Shown here in pieces: positions 28,367 through 43,098 of a stretch of 64,000 nucleotides of DNA (positions are counted from its first letter, which is position 1; each line of letters opens with the position of its first letter). Under the pieces are notes generated by a model, which searched no databases, was not told the DNA's origin, and was given only the letters and a program-made list of their open reading frames with translations. The position numbers were made by a program, and so were the translations under genes. Origin of the DNA: Octopus vulgaris (Eukaryota); NCBI GenBank assembly GCA_951406725.2, contig OX597837.1, forward strand, positions 28,272,001 through 28,336,000, read 5' to 3'.

Positions 28367-28615
28367 TAATAATAATAATAGTAGCTCTTTTTTGCTGGGT
28401 ATAACGCAAATTTGATAATGGGATGAGGAATGAGGCTGAGAAGTGCATTAGGTTGGTTTGACCTCAATATATTACTGTTAGCTGAAAAGTAAAGCCTGAT
28501 ACAGTATGATTTATATTGGAAATGTAACGAGTGGGGTGACTACATACTATAATAAAGTATTTGGTTAGTCCTTCTACTGTTTCTCGCAGCTCACTACCCT
28601 TAATACTATGATGAT

Positions 28616-28661
<46 letters not shown>

Positions 28662-28754
28662 GTGATATAGAAATGATATAGAAATGGAATAATGGTTTTG
28701 AATGAGGATTTCCTTAAGAGTTGTAGGCGTGTGCCACATCTCTTTGAGAAGAAG

Positions 28755-28916
28755 TCAGTCGATCAGTTTCGACCCCAGTATATGACTGGTACTCATTTTA
28801 TCGACCCCGGAAGGATGAAAGGCAAAGTGGACCTCAGCAGAGAACGTTAGAAGCCGAAACAAATTCCGCAAAGAAATTTGTACGATCATCTGACGGTTCT
28901 GCCAATCCACTGCCGT
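28755..28916 (-). mobile_element. Older family C-related SINE fragment
   Basis: TGGTACTCATTTTATCGACCCCGGAAGGATGAAAGGCAAAGT core. Confidence 0.7.
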
Positions 28917-28937
28917 ATTAATAATAATAATAATAAT

Positions 28938-28968
<31 letters not shown>

Positions 28969-31040
28969 TACATGATCATCAAAAGAACTTGAACAGAATT
29001 GCTGACACAAGCAATACATTTTGAAGAACCATTACTAGAGTAGCCATTGGATTGAATTAAAAAAATTAATAGGAATAAAAGCAAAATAATAAGAACAATA
29101 AAAAAAAATGAGGGTTCTATTTGCGATTAAGATTTCACAAACAGGCAAAAGAGAGAAGAGATATTAAAATGAAAACCCCTTGAAATAATATATTAAAGAC
29201 AGGCCGTTACCAAGCAAAACTTGTAAAAGTGAATAAATAAAACGTTTAGCTAAGATATTTTTTTGGTTATTGCTGCTGTTGCTGTTTCAAAATCAAAGAG
29301 CTAAAACCAAAATTCCTTTGTAGCCGGAAACAAAATATTAAAAATATATAGAAATTTAGCAAAAATATTTGGACATGTAAAGCAGTAAAGGAATATTCGT
29401 CACAGAAATTCCACAAGCAAATACATTATTTCTGTAAAATTTGTAAATCATTGAATTTCCATAATGGTTTTTCTTGTGGAATTTTCTTGGATACTTCCTT
29501 CACGCGCAAAAAAAAATGGGGAAACAGGTCAGAATATATTTTGTTTATATTAAATGTAGACGTGGGCGCATTATGCGTAAATATATATGTGTATAAATAA
29601 ATAGATAGACATACCTAGATATATGCATGTATGTATGTATGTATGTATGTATGTATGTATGTATGTTGTAATAATGAAGTTAAGCCAAATAGTGATATTT
29701 TGAAATCATTTAATACGTATGTTTCCGTATGTAATATATAATAGGAAATGCATCCATTACGTAAGACTTTCTTCAGTTAAAACACATGTAAATATATTAC
29801 ACATATATGTGATATATTCATGTTATATTTATGAATATAAACATTATTTTGCTACCGTCTATGTAACTAACTCTCTAACTATGGTATAAAATCGAAGGCA
29901 ATCAATTGTAGATACAACTTTGAGAATATTGTCGTCTATTATTCGTTGAACAATTGACTGATAAACATTTTGTATTATATATGTCTACCTATTTCCATCA
30001 TTCTTTTACTGGTTTCAACCAGTAGGACGCAGCCATGCAAGGGCACAGTCTTCAAGAAATTTGTCGATCCTTTTGCTCACACTCCATTTTTTAATGTCAG
30101 ATGATTGTTTTATCAATTTCTATTTAAGGAAACGTCAAGTTAGTCATTAACAGCAGTACCTCATTTTACGCGGTATAAATGTAAACAAGTGCCCTCGTGT
30201 GTGTGTGTGTGTGTATGTACGTGTGTGTGTATGGGTGTGTGATGTGTATGATGTGAGAGAGAGACACACACATACATGTCGACGATGACCCCAGTTACAT
30301 TTCAACTACTTACAGCCCAGCTCATGGCTGATCGTATATTAGTTTGTTTAAGTACTACTTAAAAAGGTCGATATTTTCAATATGGTGAAAACTTTACTTA
30401 AGCCCTGGTAGTCAAGTCTCACATCCTAAAATTAGATCTAACGAGCAAGATCGTTCTACCCATACGAGAAGAAATGAAGCACTGCAAGACATTTGCTCCT
30501 GTTATGAGGAAATGCGACCAAGGAATAAAAGAGATTATCTCTCTCAGTCAATATTACCCGTTTTTGAAAAGAGTTGATAAGGAACACTTTCAAAAATTTC
30601 ATTGAAAGGAAATGGTAAAATACTGGTGTAAATACGGATTTTGGTTGAATGAAATGTAAAGTGGAGCTTGGTAGGATTTGAACTTAAAACCTGATAATTT
30701 TGGCACGAGGTCAAACATTTTGAGGAGAGCAATAGAATGAAGTTGGACCCAGAACAACTCTGGTTATTTATTATATAAAACTACCAAATCAAAGAGCATC
30801 GATAGGTTTGTCCAGTTTGATATAAATAACAGCCAAATCTCCCTCAAATGACTCTCTACCACCTTAAAACAGTGGATTCTAGGGTATACTATGTCTAAGA
30901 AGGAACGTGATGTTCATTGGTAGAACACTTTTTAACATGAAGAAAGGCTGAGGACGCCCGACCTTCATTCTCTTGAAAAACGCCGCCGCCGTGGTGATCT
31001 CATTCTCGCCCACAGCATCATAAGCGGAAAGTGTAACCTC

Positions 31041-31342
31041 TTGAAAGAGCTGTTCTTCACTCAAAATCCAGAGCGTCGGCTGCGGGGTCATTCCGAAAAG
31101 CTCTACCTGCGACGATTTCATCTCAATCGAAGGAGAGGAGCTTTCTCCGTCCGGGTTGCGGATCCGTGGAACAAGCTGCCAGACGAGATGGTGAAGATGC
31201 CGACGACCGCTTTGTTCAAAGCCTCCCTTGACCTCAAGTGGCCTGAGCTCTTTACATGAACACCACCCTGTACTTAACTCCATGTCCCCCTACATGGCCT
31301 TGCTATTTGCTTTTGAGCCAAATTAACTAACTAACTAACTAA
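31041..31342 (+). mobile_element. CR1-clade LINE 3' end (ORF2 C-terminus plus (CTAA)n tail)
   Basis: LRGHSEKL...FSVRVADPWNKLP matches the CR1 ORF2 C-terminal RGH..KL / RV...WN.LP pattern. A short 3' UTR ends in (CTAA)n. Confidence 0.85.
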
Positions 31343-31433
31343 CATGTGTCTGCTCAATCAGAATTGATCTGACGCTAAATAACAACACTAAAAAGTAGAG
31401 CCAGCCGCCAATACAGTATTGAAGCCAGGACAT

Positions 31434-31810
31434 CATCCTAGTCGCACTATGCGATGCTGTGGTCATCACGATGTCTTCCCACCTTCTCTTGTCCTCTACC
31501 CCATGGACAGCTGAGAATAAAGACAATCCTGTGGCTGCGATGTCTTTCAGCCAAGAAGTGGGGGTGGTCTGCCTCTTTTACGCCTGCGGTCGGTTCACCT
31601 TGCCAGTTATGATCGTTCGCTCAAGTCCATCCCGGCGCATGACGTGGCCAAAGAACCGTAGCTTTCGCTTCATGATGTTTTACCGAAGCGTCATCTCGCA
31701 ACCGAGCTTTTCTAGTACCCAGTTGTTCGTCCTTCTCTCCGTCCACGACACGCTAAGGATTCTGCGGTAACACCACATTTCAAAAGAGCTCACTCTTTTC
31801 TCGAGAAAAG
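31434..31810 (-). mobile_element. 5'-truncated RTE-clade LINE
   Basis: The minus strand reads SFEMWCYRRILSVSWTERRTN...KLRFFGHVMRRDGLERTIITGKV, with one stop. TSD AGCCAGGACAT at 31423-31433 and 31811-31821. Confidence 0.88.
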
Positions 31811-32810
31811 AGCCAGGACATATACGAACGCAAAATATATACTAATATTGTAGATATATAAATATAATGCTTAATAATGTTTCTGTTACCACGTCTACAG
31901 ATTAATATAGAGAAAATATATTCTTAGAACCGACCTATTTTGGAAAAAGAACAAAGAAAATAATAGTCGGGAAGCAAAAAGCTCAAAGATGGAATGAAAC
32001 AATGGCATTGAAGAAGTTAATAGGCGATAATCTCAACAATAACAACAGCAAAATCTCAAAGACAATTCATCAAAGAATCACACCAAATGTTACATTAAGA
32101 ATTCTCTAAGAGTTAAGTCAATTCAACTTCTATTACGAAACAAACCATGAACAGGTAAATAATTCTTGAAACAAACGAATATGTGTGTGTGTTGGGTGTA
32201 TGCGCGGGCATATATACATACACGAGTATTTTGTATATATATATATATATATATACACGCGCGTGTATATCATACATGTGTGTATATACATGTATATACA
32301 TATGTATATATATACGCGTATGATATATATACATCAGTATGTATATATATATATATACATACATACACACGCGTTTGTCATACTAGTATGTATATAGATA
32401 TGACATACGTGTGTGTATGTATGTATATATATATATATATATATATATACTCACACATACATACATACACACAAACACGTATGTCATACATGCGTATATG
32501 CAAACGTATATATATATATACCCGTAAGTCATACATGTGAATACATACACACTTGTCATATACATGTATATATATATATATGTGTATGCGCGCGCATATA
32601 CATACGTATACACACACCTATACGTGTATATATATATATATATATGAATCATATATCGTGAGTCTATATAATGCATATACGTATATATTTATACACGAAT
32701 ACGTATACGTGTATATATAAATATTTATGTAATGTATATATGTATCACATATGTGCTTACATGTACATACATATGCTTACAAATGTGCATATAATATATA
32801 TTTGTATATA

Positions 32811-33011
<201 letters not shown>

Positions 33012-33070
33012 TATACATATATATAATATATATATATATAATATATATATATATATATACATATATATAC

Positions 33071-33102
<32 letters not shown>

Positions 33103-33103
33103 G

Positions 33104-33203
<100 letters not shown>

Positions 33204-33295
33204 GTATATATATGTATATGTATGTATATATGTATATATATATATGTATATGTACATATGTATATATATATGATATATATATAATATATATTATG

Positions 33296-33326
<31 letters not shown>

Positions 33327-33372
33327 GTATATGTACATATGTATATATATATGAAATATATATAATATATAT

Positions 33373-33433
<61 letters not shown>

Positions 33434-34169
33434 ACAAACACACACACACACACACACACGTACTCACACATCCCGTGAAATAAATGGTGAGCAGTAAGGG
33501 GGATCACAATATAAATCCGATAACCTACGAACGTGGCTGCTACAACTCCGATTCAACCAATCAGGAAATAAATAGGATCAAGAACAACAATAACAACAAC
33601 TACAATAACAACAAGAACAAAAAAAAACAATAACAAATGTAAAACATCAGCAACAGCAAACCTCTATAAAGGTATCACACTTAACCACACAAGAAATTGG
33701 CAGACACCATCAGAAATTATGTTGGTTTTTTTAAGTTAATATATTAATTAATATTAACTAATTGTAACTTTGTTTTTCTGATCGTCTATCTTTTATTCTG
33801 TGTTTCTTATATAAAATGGAAAATGTTTCTTGTCTGAATATTGTTTGGAAAAACGTCGACGTGAAACGGTCGAGGGTACGAATCGATTGGACGTTGGACG
33901 AAAATGCCTTGAGATATATTGATCTCTCCCTGCATGTTCTAGATTCAAATCTACCAAGGTCATCTTTGCCCCTTCATCTCCTCGATGGATGTGGGCAGTC
34001 AATGAAATAACGTACCCGTTAACTATTGCGCTCGATTTCCATGACTAAATCGCACGCCCTCTCCAGATTTGTCGTTTAGTGAATGTTTTTAAAACTTGAA
34101 CGGGCCAATTCTGAGAATACACCTATGAAAAATTAAAAGGAAATATAAAAGGAGAAAGGGGCCCTCTAC

Positions 34170-34410
34170 CCCCCCCCCCCCTTTGACCAGGCTCCCGTGG
34201 CTTTTATGGGTTTTTCCACGAGTAACCTTTCGAAGCGCCTCCCCCTATTGGGAGTTTTAATTGTTACTTATTTTCCGTTGTTATCCTGCTTTTGTACACG
34301 GACCTTTTTCAAACGGACAAAACCCTTTGTAACTTTCGTTCCTGTGTTTTGTCCCTTTAATGTTTTAATTGATTTTTGTTAGCCCTTGTGGCCAATAAAC
34401 GAACGAATTA
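34170..34410 (+). mobile_element. Probable LINE 3' UTR fragment
   Basis: T-rich UTR-like block ending TTAGCCCTTGTGGCCAATAAACGAACGAA. Confidence 0.45.
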
Positions 34411-34424
34411 TTATTATTATTATT

Positions 34425-35150
34425 AGTGCAGCGAGCACGCAGAATCGTTAGTGCGCAGGCAAAATGCTTAAGAGCATTTTGTCTGTCTTTACGCTCTGGG
34501 TTCAAATTCAGCAGGGAATCGACCTTGTCTTTCAACCTTTCGGGGACGATAAATTAAGTACCAGTGAAACACTAGAGTCGATATAATCGACTTGTCCTCT
34601 CCCCACAAATTTCAGTCTATGTACCTATAAGAGAAAGGATTTTTATCATTGAAAGACGACGAGCTGGCAGAATCGTCAGTTCAAATTCCACCGGGGTTGA
34701 CCTTGCCTTTCGTCCTTTCAGGGTCGATAAAATAAGTATCAATTGAGCACCGGATCGATGAAGTCGACTAACACTCACTCCCCCGAAATCGCTGGCCTTT
34801 TGCCAAAATTTGAAATCATTTTTATTTTAGGCGGTGAGCCTGCAAAATCGTTAGAGCCTCGGAAAATGCTTTATTCCGGTTCTGAGTTGGGGCTGATAAA
34901 ATATAGCAAATGTCAAGTTGTGGGATCGATGGTGTTGCCTAGTTCCTCTCCTTATAATTGCTGACCTTCTGCCTACATATGAATCTATTTGGCGGTGAGT
35001 CGGTAGAATTCTTAGCGCATCAGACAAAATACTTAACCGTATGTAGGACTTGCTACGTTCTGAACTCAAATTCCACCGAGGTAAGTTTTGCCTTTTATCC
35101 CGCCGTGGTCGATAAAATAAAGTACAGACACGTACTGAGGTCGATAATAT
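34425..35150 (+). mobile_element. Cluster of about 4 degenerate family C-related SINEs, head to tail
   Basis: Repeated GAGCTGGCAGAATCG / TTCAAATTCC / CCTTTC..GGTCGATAAA blocks. Confidence 0.7.
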
Positions 35151-35565
35151 TTGCTACAGTGTTAAGTTATCATTTACGTTCATTTTTCTTTTTGTTTATT
35201 TTTGGGTTTTTTCTTTTCTTTGACGAGATATATTTACAGACTTTTGTTCAGAAGCAAAACATGACCGCGGGAGCGTTAATTATTTGAAACCTACGTACAC
35301 ACAGAAAATACGACGGACATTAGAAGCGATAAACTGAATGACGGAAATTTTCTATGATACTCGAAATGTTGTTGAGTAGTATGGAGTGGACGAAACGATG
35401 AAATGCCGGATTAAACGTAACCTACAATTTAGTTCCTTCATTCTTCGCCCCACATTTTGTGCTCAACCCTTCCAGTGCCGACTTTGATAGTAATTCGCCG
35501 GAGAAATCGTAGATTCCTATAGATCAAAACTATACAATAATTAACAATTAATATATTGAAAATCC

Positions 35566-35860
35566 AGTGGAGGCAAATAACCTAGTGGTTAGAGCAGCGG
35601 ACTCGCAGTCGAAGGATCGCGGGTTCGAATCTCAGACCGGATGATGTGTGTGTTTATGAGCGAAAACACCTAATCTCTACGCGGCTCCGGCAGAAGGTAA
35701 TGGCGAACTTCTGCTAAATCTTTCGCCACAACTTTCTCTCATTCTTTCTTGCAGCTCACCTGCGATGGCCCGGCTTTCCGTCCAGGTGGGGAACCTATAC
35801 GCCAAGGAAACCGGAAAACCGGCCCTTATGGGCAAGGCATGGCTCGAGAAGGAACAAACA
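35566..35860 (+). mobile_element. SINE family B head with alternative 3' tail 1
   Basis: Family B tRNA head and central block, then a different tail ending AAGGAACAAACA. TSD ATATTGAAAATC at 35553-35564 and 35861-35872. Confidence 0.85.
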
Positions 35861-36414
35861 ATATTGAAAATCTATCAATCCATACCCTACTCTACTGATG
35901 TTGATATTTTCATTTTTAGTACGTCTTTGCCTTATATCCTATGAGACGATAAACTACGGGCGTTATAATAGACGGTCTGTTACACGGTTTTATTTTTATA
36001 TCCTTCTGGAATGATTTTCTACAAACGATATAATATATGGTCTGATTAATATCTTAACATTATTATTTTATCATTTATAATCGTCAAAGTGCAATGAAAC
36101 TACAATTGAAACTTAAAATTTTTCTGTGTTAAACATTACTCGTGGCTCTCGCAGCTCAACAAATTTCTGAGTTCAGTAAATGTTTCTAACCAATGTGGTT
36201 GAATCAGTGACTTATAATAAGCAGGGAGTGGTGATAGCTACGTTGAGGGCATCGTTGGTTCGTGTCCTGTTACTGCCACCACCACACCGTTATTGTTAGT
36301 CTATCAGTAGCTAAGACATTTGACTTTTAATGGTCCAATCGACCAAGTCGTATGTAGTCACCACACGGGTAAGGTGATATATAGTTCAACAAAAAGAAGC
36401 AGCAGCAGCAACAA

Positions 36415-36790
36415 GTGGAGGCGCAATGGCCCAATGGTTAGGGCAGCGGACTCGCGGTTGGAGGATAGCAGTTTCGATTCCCAGACCGGGCGTTGTGTGT
36501 GTTTATTGAGTGAAAGCACCTAAAGCCCCACGAGGCTCCGTCAGGGGGTGATGGCGACCCCTGTTGTACTCTTTCGCCCCAACTTTCTCTCACTCTTTCT
36601 TCCTGCTTCTTGTCCCCGACTTCCAACGCAACCGCTGAGCCTGGATGCGCATTCGTCCATCCATCGATGCTCTCGGTGTCGGGGGTTGACCTGCTTTCCC
36701 TTCTGCGGGTCTTACGAATAGCAAAGGACCGCGTTTCGGACTTCTCCCATCTTGCGAGCTCTGGTACGAAGACCGTTCGCTCAATAGCAA
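36415..36790 (+). mobile_element. SINE family B head with alternative 3' tail 2
   Basis: Family B head to about 36610, then an unrelated GC-rich tail ending CGCTCAATAGCAAC. Confidence 0.8.
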
Positions 36791-37249
36791 CAGTGTTAGC
36801 TGTAGCAGTAGTAACAACAGTTCCAAAGCCCTGATGTATGTATTCTTAATTAAAGATTAAATTTTATGGTGTACCCCAAGTACCTCGTAGTACCTCCTGG
36901 GTATTAAAGAAAGTGAGGATGAGAAATAATTAATGCGAGGCATGATGGGAAAACTGTTTTCCAAAAGTGCACCAAACAACCTCAAAACTATCGACAATAC
37001 CCCACCATCATCATACTCACCACCCGACCCTATTTGTTCAATTTTTATTTTATTCAATATCGTGATTTGTGAACAGTAACGTTGTTGCTTACATGGTTCG
37101 CTGTTTTTGAGGGCAAGAGTGACAAGGGAGTGTCTACCACAATACAAGGGACTTTGTTCGTAAAGCACCGCTTCTTCGGTTATCTTGCCAATATCTATAT
37201 CCTACACCAATTCTTATATGCATATCAGCAACTGAAGCCCACACACATG

Positions 37250-37303
<54 letters not shown>

Positions 37304-37400
37304 GTATGTATGTGTATATATATAATGTATGTATGTATGTATGTATGTGTATATATATAATGTATGTATGTATGTATGCGTATATATATATATACATGTA

Positions 37401-37486
<86 letters not shown>

Positions 37487-37583
37487 TATATATGTATATA
37501 CAAACATATATGTATATACAAACATATATATATATATACATATATATGTATATACATATATACATATATATATACATATATAC

Positions 37584-37639
<56 letters not shown>

Positions 37640-37685
37640 GTATATATACATATATATATGTATATATATATTATATATATATATG

Positions 37686-37726
<41 letters not shown>

Positions 37727-37734
37727 CAAATATA

Positions 37735-37769
<35 letters not shown>

Positions 37770-38360
37770 CATATATATGTATATATATATAATATATATA
37801 TATGTATATACAATATATATATATATATATATGTATATACAAACATATATATATATATATACATATATACATATATATGTATATACATATATAGTATATA
37901 TGTATATACATATATATGTATATACATATATACATATATGTATATACATATATATGTATATACATATATACATATATGTATATACATATATATGTATATA
38001 CATATATACATATATGTATATACATATATATGTATATACATATATACATATATGTATATATATACATATATAACGCCTGAGTTCTTCAGAGTTCCCCTTC
38101 AAAAAGAATTGGTCAACCTGCTGCTTTGGTTGAAGGAACATATCCAAAGGCCCGTGCAACCTCAAGTGAGTAATTCTTCAATCACATTAGACCTGTCTAC
38201 GTCCTAGATTTCTCGGTTGGTAAAATCGAAATAAGTTGCATAATGTAACTACATCAGGTTGAGTATCTGCCAATTTTGTTAATAGTTTCGTGTTAATGAA
38301 GAACAAAGATGCCATTAGAAAGAAAGGAGGAAAAAGAAGTATTCGAGATTATCATTATTA

Positions 38361-38403
<43 letters not shown>

Positions 38404-40217
38404 ATTCCACTCGCTCTCTTTTCACCTATATATGTTGTCTAAAATAATAATAATATAACTACATGAAGATAATGATGATGATGATGATGATGATTTCTGA
38501 CGGGACCAATTAAGAAAAAGCTTGTAAATAGGATTATTTATGGATGGTTTGTATTCCATGCTTAGCTAATGACAGTGCAGACTTCGATCAAAGAAGTCAT
38601 TAGACGAAGTTGATTGAAAGGTGATCGGAGGGACTGGACCATGCGGACGAGGACGATACTTTTGGTTTTCAGCCAGCTTCTTAACATTAGAGAGAGAGGA
38701 AGATCTTTGTTATTAGATTTCTTCATGGATTTTGGCTACAAACTATGCGTGATGGCTGCTGCATGTTCAGAATTTATCACACCTCGTTAACTATAATGCA
38801 GGGATAAGCCACCATTAAATGTATTTACGTGCGCTTGCGTATTCAAATATGATTGGCCTCATCTTTGTTACTTCCTCTCGCGATGTGCTGGAACCATAAT
38901 CAGCGAAATCAAAAACAACTGTGTTTGCATAGAAACACGATATTTCTTCACGATCTTATGAACCAATCAACAAATTCAGAATAGTCGTCAAATTTCTCTT
39001 CAATCTCTCTTCATATTTTATAATCTTAGCTAACTAACCAATGTGGCTGAATCAGTGACTTATAATAAGCAGGGAGTGGTGATAGCTATGTTGAGGGCAC
39101 TATTGACTCGTGTCCTGTTACAGCCACCACCACACCGTTGTTCTGTTAGTAGCTAAGACATTTGACTTTTAACGGTCCAATCGACCAAGTCGTATGCAAG
39201 CACCACACGGGTAAGGTGGAAGGCTAGTGGCTGTTCAGTTTATGCATCATGTTTCCATCAAGAGTGTCCTATTTAAAGCTTGTAGCATAAAGGCACCATC
39301 TTTAGGTGCACTTCATGACGGCACCAAATTCTTACACAATGACTCTGAGATGAAGTAGTTCTCAAAGAACAAGAACTGCTCATTTGAATTTTTCATACGC
39401 AACAGATTTGTGGTGCTCCTAATATATTCACAACTCTTAATAGAAATAGTTTTGTCTCTTAGGAAACAAAGCAATTGAAAATTACTTTGGTAATGGAACC
39501 AAACCCAATGTCTGTGTGTGTGGGCGTAGGAGTTATGTGATTTACTAAATTTCCATTTATCTATCAACAAAACCAATTTCTGGCACATCAATATAATGGA
39601 ATCGACTGCGTCCTTATAAATAAATAAATACGAAGTAAAGCACACACCGACATAAATACATACATACGTACATAACGTTGCAAAACATCCATTAAGACGT
39701 AAACATCGGCACGTCTTATATATATATATATGTGTGTATGCATGTGTCTATGTAATGTATGTATATATGTGTGTATGTATTCCATAACGCAGAAACTATT
39801 TATATGTACAATCAAATAATGCTATGGTATTTGGTATAAACCATTTACCGAAACAGAATAAAGGAAACTTAAACGATAAATAGCAGAAAAATATGGCGGG
39901 GTTATTATAGGAGAGAAATAGAACTTATAGAAGGTTTTATTGGATCATAAAAAGGAGGGGGTAAATTACCTACCTACACACACACGCGCGCACACACGCA
40001 TTTTTGCTTCTGACGTTCATAAAATCCGTTGTTTTTTTATTTTTGTTTTTTGTCTTTTTGGAACTTTGTTCGCATGCATTATACAAGCACTTTCAGATCG
40101 AAGAGTTGAATAATGTTCTTCATGCTACTAGTGTAATAGTAATAATCGCTGTGTGTGTATGCACACAAACACAAATGTATATATATGTATGTATGTATGT
40201 ATGTATATAAACACTAA

Positions 40218-40248
40218 GATAGATAGATAGGTAGATAGATAGAAAGGT

Positions 40249-40293
<45 letters not shown>

Positions 40294-40345
40294 TATATAG
40301 ATACATAGATAGATAGATAGATAGAAAGGTAGATAGATAGAACGG

Positions 40346-40377
<32 letters not shown>

Positions 40378-40457
40378 AAGGTAGATAGATAGATAGATAG
40401 ATAGATAGAAAGGTAGATAGATAGATAGATAGATAGATAGATGGAAAGATAGAAAGG

Positions 40458-40517
<60 letters not shown>

Positions 40518-40541
40518 AAGGTAGATAGATAGATAGAAAGG

Positions 40542-40573
<32 letters not shown>

Positions 40574-40598
40574 AAGGTAGGTAGATAGATAGATAGAT

Positions 40599-40653
<55 letters not shown>

Positions 40654-40750
40654 AAGGTAGATAGATAGATAGATAGATAGAAAGGTAGATAGATAGATAG
40701 ATAGATAGAAAGGTAGATAGATAGATAGGTAGATAGATAGATAGATAGAT
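40218..40750. repeat. (GATA)n microsatellite with periodic AAAG interruptions
   Basis: Directly visible. Confidence 0.95.
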
Positions 40751-40920
40751 CGGAGACGAAGAGAGAAAGAATATGCGAGTCTTAAAAAATAAGGATTCTA
40801 TATACTATGACAAGCTCACATACCTTTCAGCAGGTGAAACATATTCAAACATCACGATAGCGACTTTGGGATTGCTCCGTACTGTAAACTGTACGCTGAT
40901 AGACGGCTTATAGATATACA

Positions 40921-41460
40921 CAAGTTCATAATCCTTTATCCGAAATTCTTGGGATTAGAAGTGTTCCGGATTTCGAAATGATTATATATTTGCATCTATA
41001 AAATGGCGTATCTTGAGAACGTTAGCCATGTTGTCCAATTATATTTTTTGTGCATACATATATATATATATATATACACTAAAGTTAGTTATATAAATTT
41101 ATTATAGGCTATGTAGTAAATTTATAAAAGTTTTAAATAATTTTGTATACATATACATAGGCAGTTATGATACTAGCCATTATTTGTACTCACATGAGTT
41201 TATGAAGAAAACATAAGAAACGATTCTTCAATCGACATTTGCTTCAATAACAAGGATCTTTTCATTGTAGAAGTCTTTAATCGTAATTTCTTGTCCTGAG
41301 AGAAATGCACCGCCTGCTGCTTTAGTTTTTCAAATTTTGGAGAATCCACTCTGCCAAACACACGAGCAGAATCTTCATGTTTGCTTCTTGTGTGGAGTTT
41401 CATTGATTCTTTCTTTTTCTCATTAACTTCTCAGCAGAGATCTTCAGTCATTTGTTCTGT
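40921..41460. mobile_element. Degenerate pogo/Tigger-like DNA transposon remnant
   Basis: CAAGTTCATAATCCTTTATCCGAAATTCTTGGGATTAGAAGTGTTCCGGATTTCG resembles Tigger4/Zombi-type ends, from memory. Minus-strand RKKKESMKLHTRSKHED weakly resembles a Jerky/CENP-B HTH linker. Confidence 0.4.
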
Positions 41461-41471
41461 TTCTAAAGCCA

Positions 41472-41783
41472 TATGAAGCGCCATCCAACCAAAATGCAAA
41501 TATATGGGAAACTACCACCTGTGTCATCTCTTGTGAAAGGTAGGAGAGTCCAGTTTGCCGGACATTGTTGTAGAGCTGAAAAAGAAGTAATTTCTACTCT
41601 TCTCCTCTGGAAGCCATCTACTCGCAATACCAGAGGGCGCACACTCTCCTACCCTGATGTAATCTCCAGGGATACAGGCATCCAGCAACAGGACCTCCGT
41701 AATGCTATGATGGACCGTGAAGTCTGGTGTAACATAGTAAATTCCATTGTCTCGACCACGGTCGAACAATGATGATGATGATG
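41472..41783 (+). mobile_element. 5'-truncated RTE-like LINE 3' end with (TGA)n tail
   Basis: RRVQFAGHCCR...LLLWKP...RGR...MMDREVW is typical of the RTE-type ORF C-terminus. The stop overlaps (TGA)n. Confidence 0.8.
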
Positions 41784-42115
41784 TTCCTATGCACAAATTT
41801 TTCAGTCAACCACACGTCGTTGTCATATTTTTCCATGAGCTTCGCTTTCTGTGGCGCTGAGAAATGTTGATGCGACCTGTTTTTCTTTTCGCTGTAACCC
41901 CTGAGGATATTTGCAGGCCTTTCTCTAAATATTCAACGTGGAGTAAGGCACACGATATGGGGTCTATAACAGCTGGACATCCCCTGAAAATCTTCCCATT
42001 GCTCTCTAAAATTTTTCTATTTGCGAAAATCCTCTCATTCGGAAAACTTTCGGTTGTTGGAATTGCGGATAAATATTAACCAATATGTGTGCGTTTGTGT
42101 GTTAATACACACTCA

Positions 42116-42146
<31 letters not shown>

Positions 42147-42457
42147 ACATGCATACATGCTCTCTAAGCAAACTTCATCATTTGACTGTGACGTCATTGA
42201 TTCTTTTATGACGTCATTGAGGTTATTTCTTGGAATTCACAAAGATAGGTTCTCTATTCTGTTTGGCTGTTGTTAATTTTGTTTATATTTGTTTCTTCTT
42301 AGAAAACTGAAAGATGTGAACAATTTGCAATTACAAATTGTAAAGAATTATAAAAAAAAAAAAGGTAAACACCAATATTTTGGTACGGGTCTCTTCCATC
42401 TCATTTCGTCTCATTCTGATATAGATATGTGTTTGTGTATGTGTATATGTATGTATG

Positions 42458-42517
<60 letters not shown>

Positions 42518-42766
42518 CATATATATATATATATGTATATCTATACATGTATGTATATATATACCTATATATATAAATGTATATATACATATATACATAT
42601 ATCTACACATTTATATATATATATACATATATATACATATATATATATAAATATATATATATACGTATATATACATATATATACATATATGTATATATGT
42701 ATATATACATATATATATGTATATATATATATATATATAAATATGCATGTATATATATATGTATAT

Positions 42767-42920
42767 TCTCTCCTTGGTTCTTTCTGTGTTCCATTCTGCG
42801 GAAGAGCGTAGGCTCGAAACATTAAAGACTTTTTCACTTCCCTAGCGTTATACAAATACATCTGTTTGTTGTTTACACCACCTATCTTCGTCTTTTGTTT
42901 TTTTCGTGAATTCTCCCTAT
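42767..42920 (+). mobile_element. Penelope-like element terminal remnant in (TA)n, with degenerate hammerhead
   Basis: Homologous to 45955-46108. Reads CTGCGGA-A-GAGC-GTAG-GCTC-GAAAC. Confidence 0.6.
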
Positions 42921-42963
42921 ATATATATAAACATATATGTATATATATATATGTATATAAATA

Positions 42964-43037
<74 letters not shown>

Positions 43038-43057
43038 CATATATAACTACATACATA

Positions 43058-43098
<41 letters not shown>

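Noticed and set aside
38072-38207. Higher-complexity block after (TA)n with a plus-strand GTGAGT donor-like site
   Set aside because: There is no acceptor, no recognisable protein motif and no phase-compatible partner exon.
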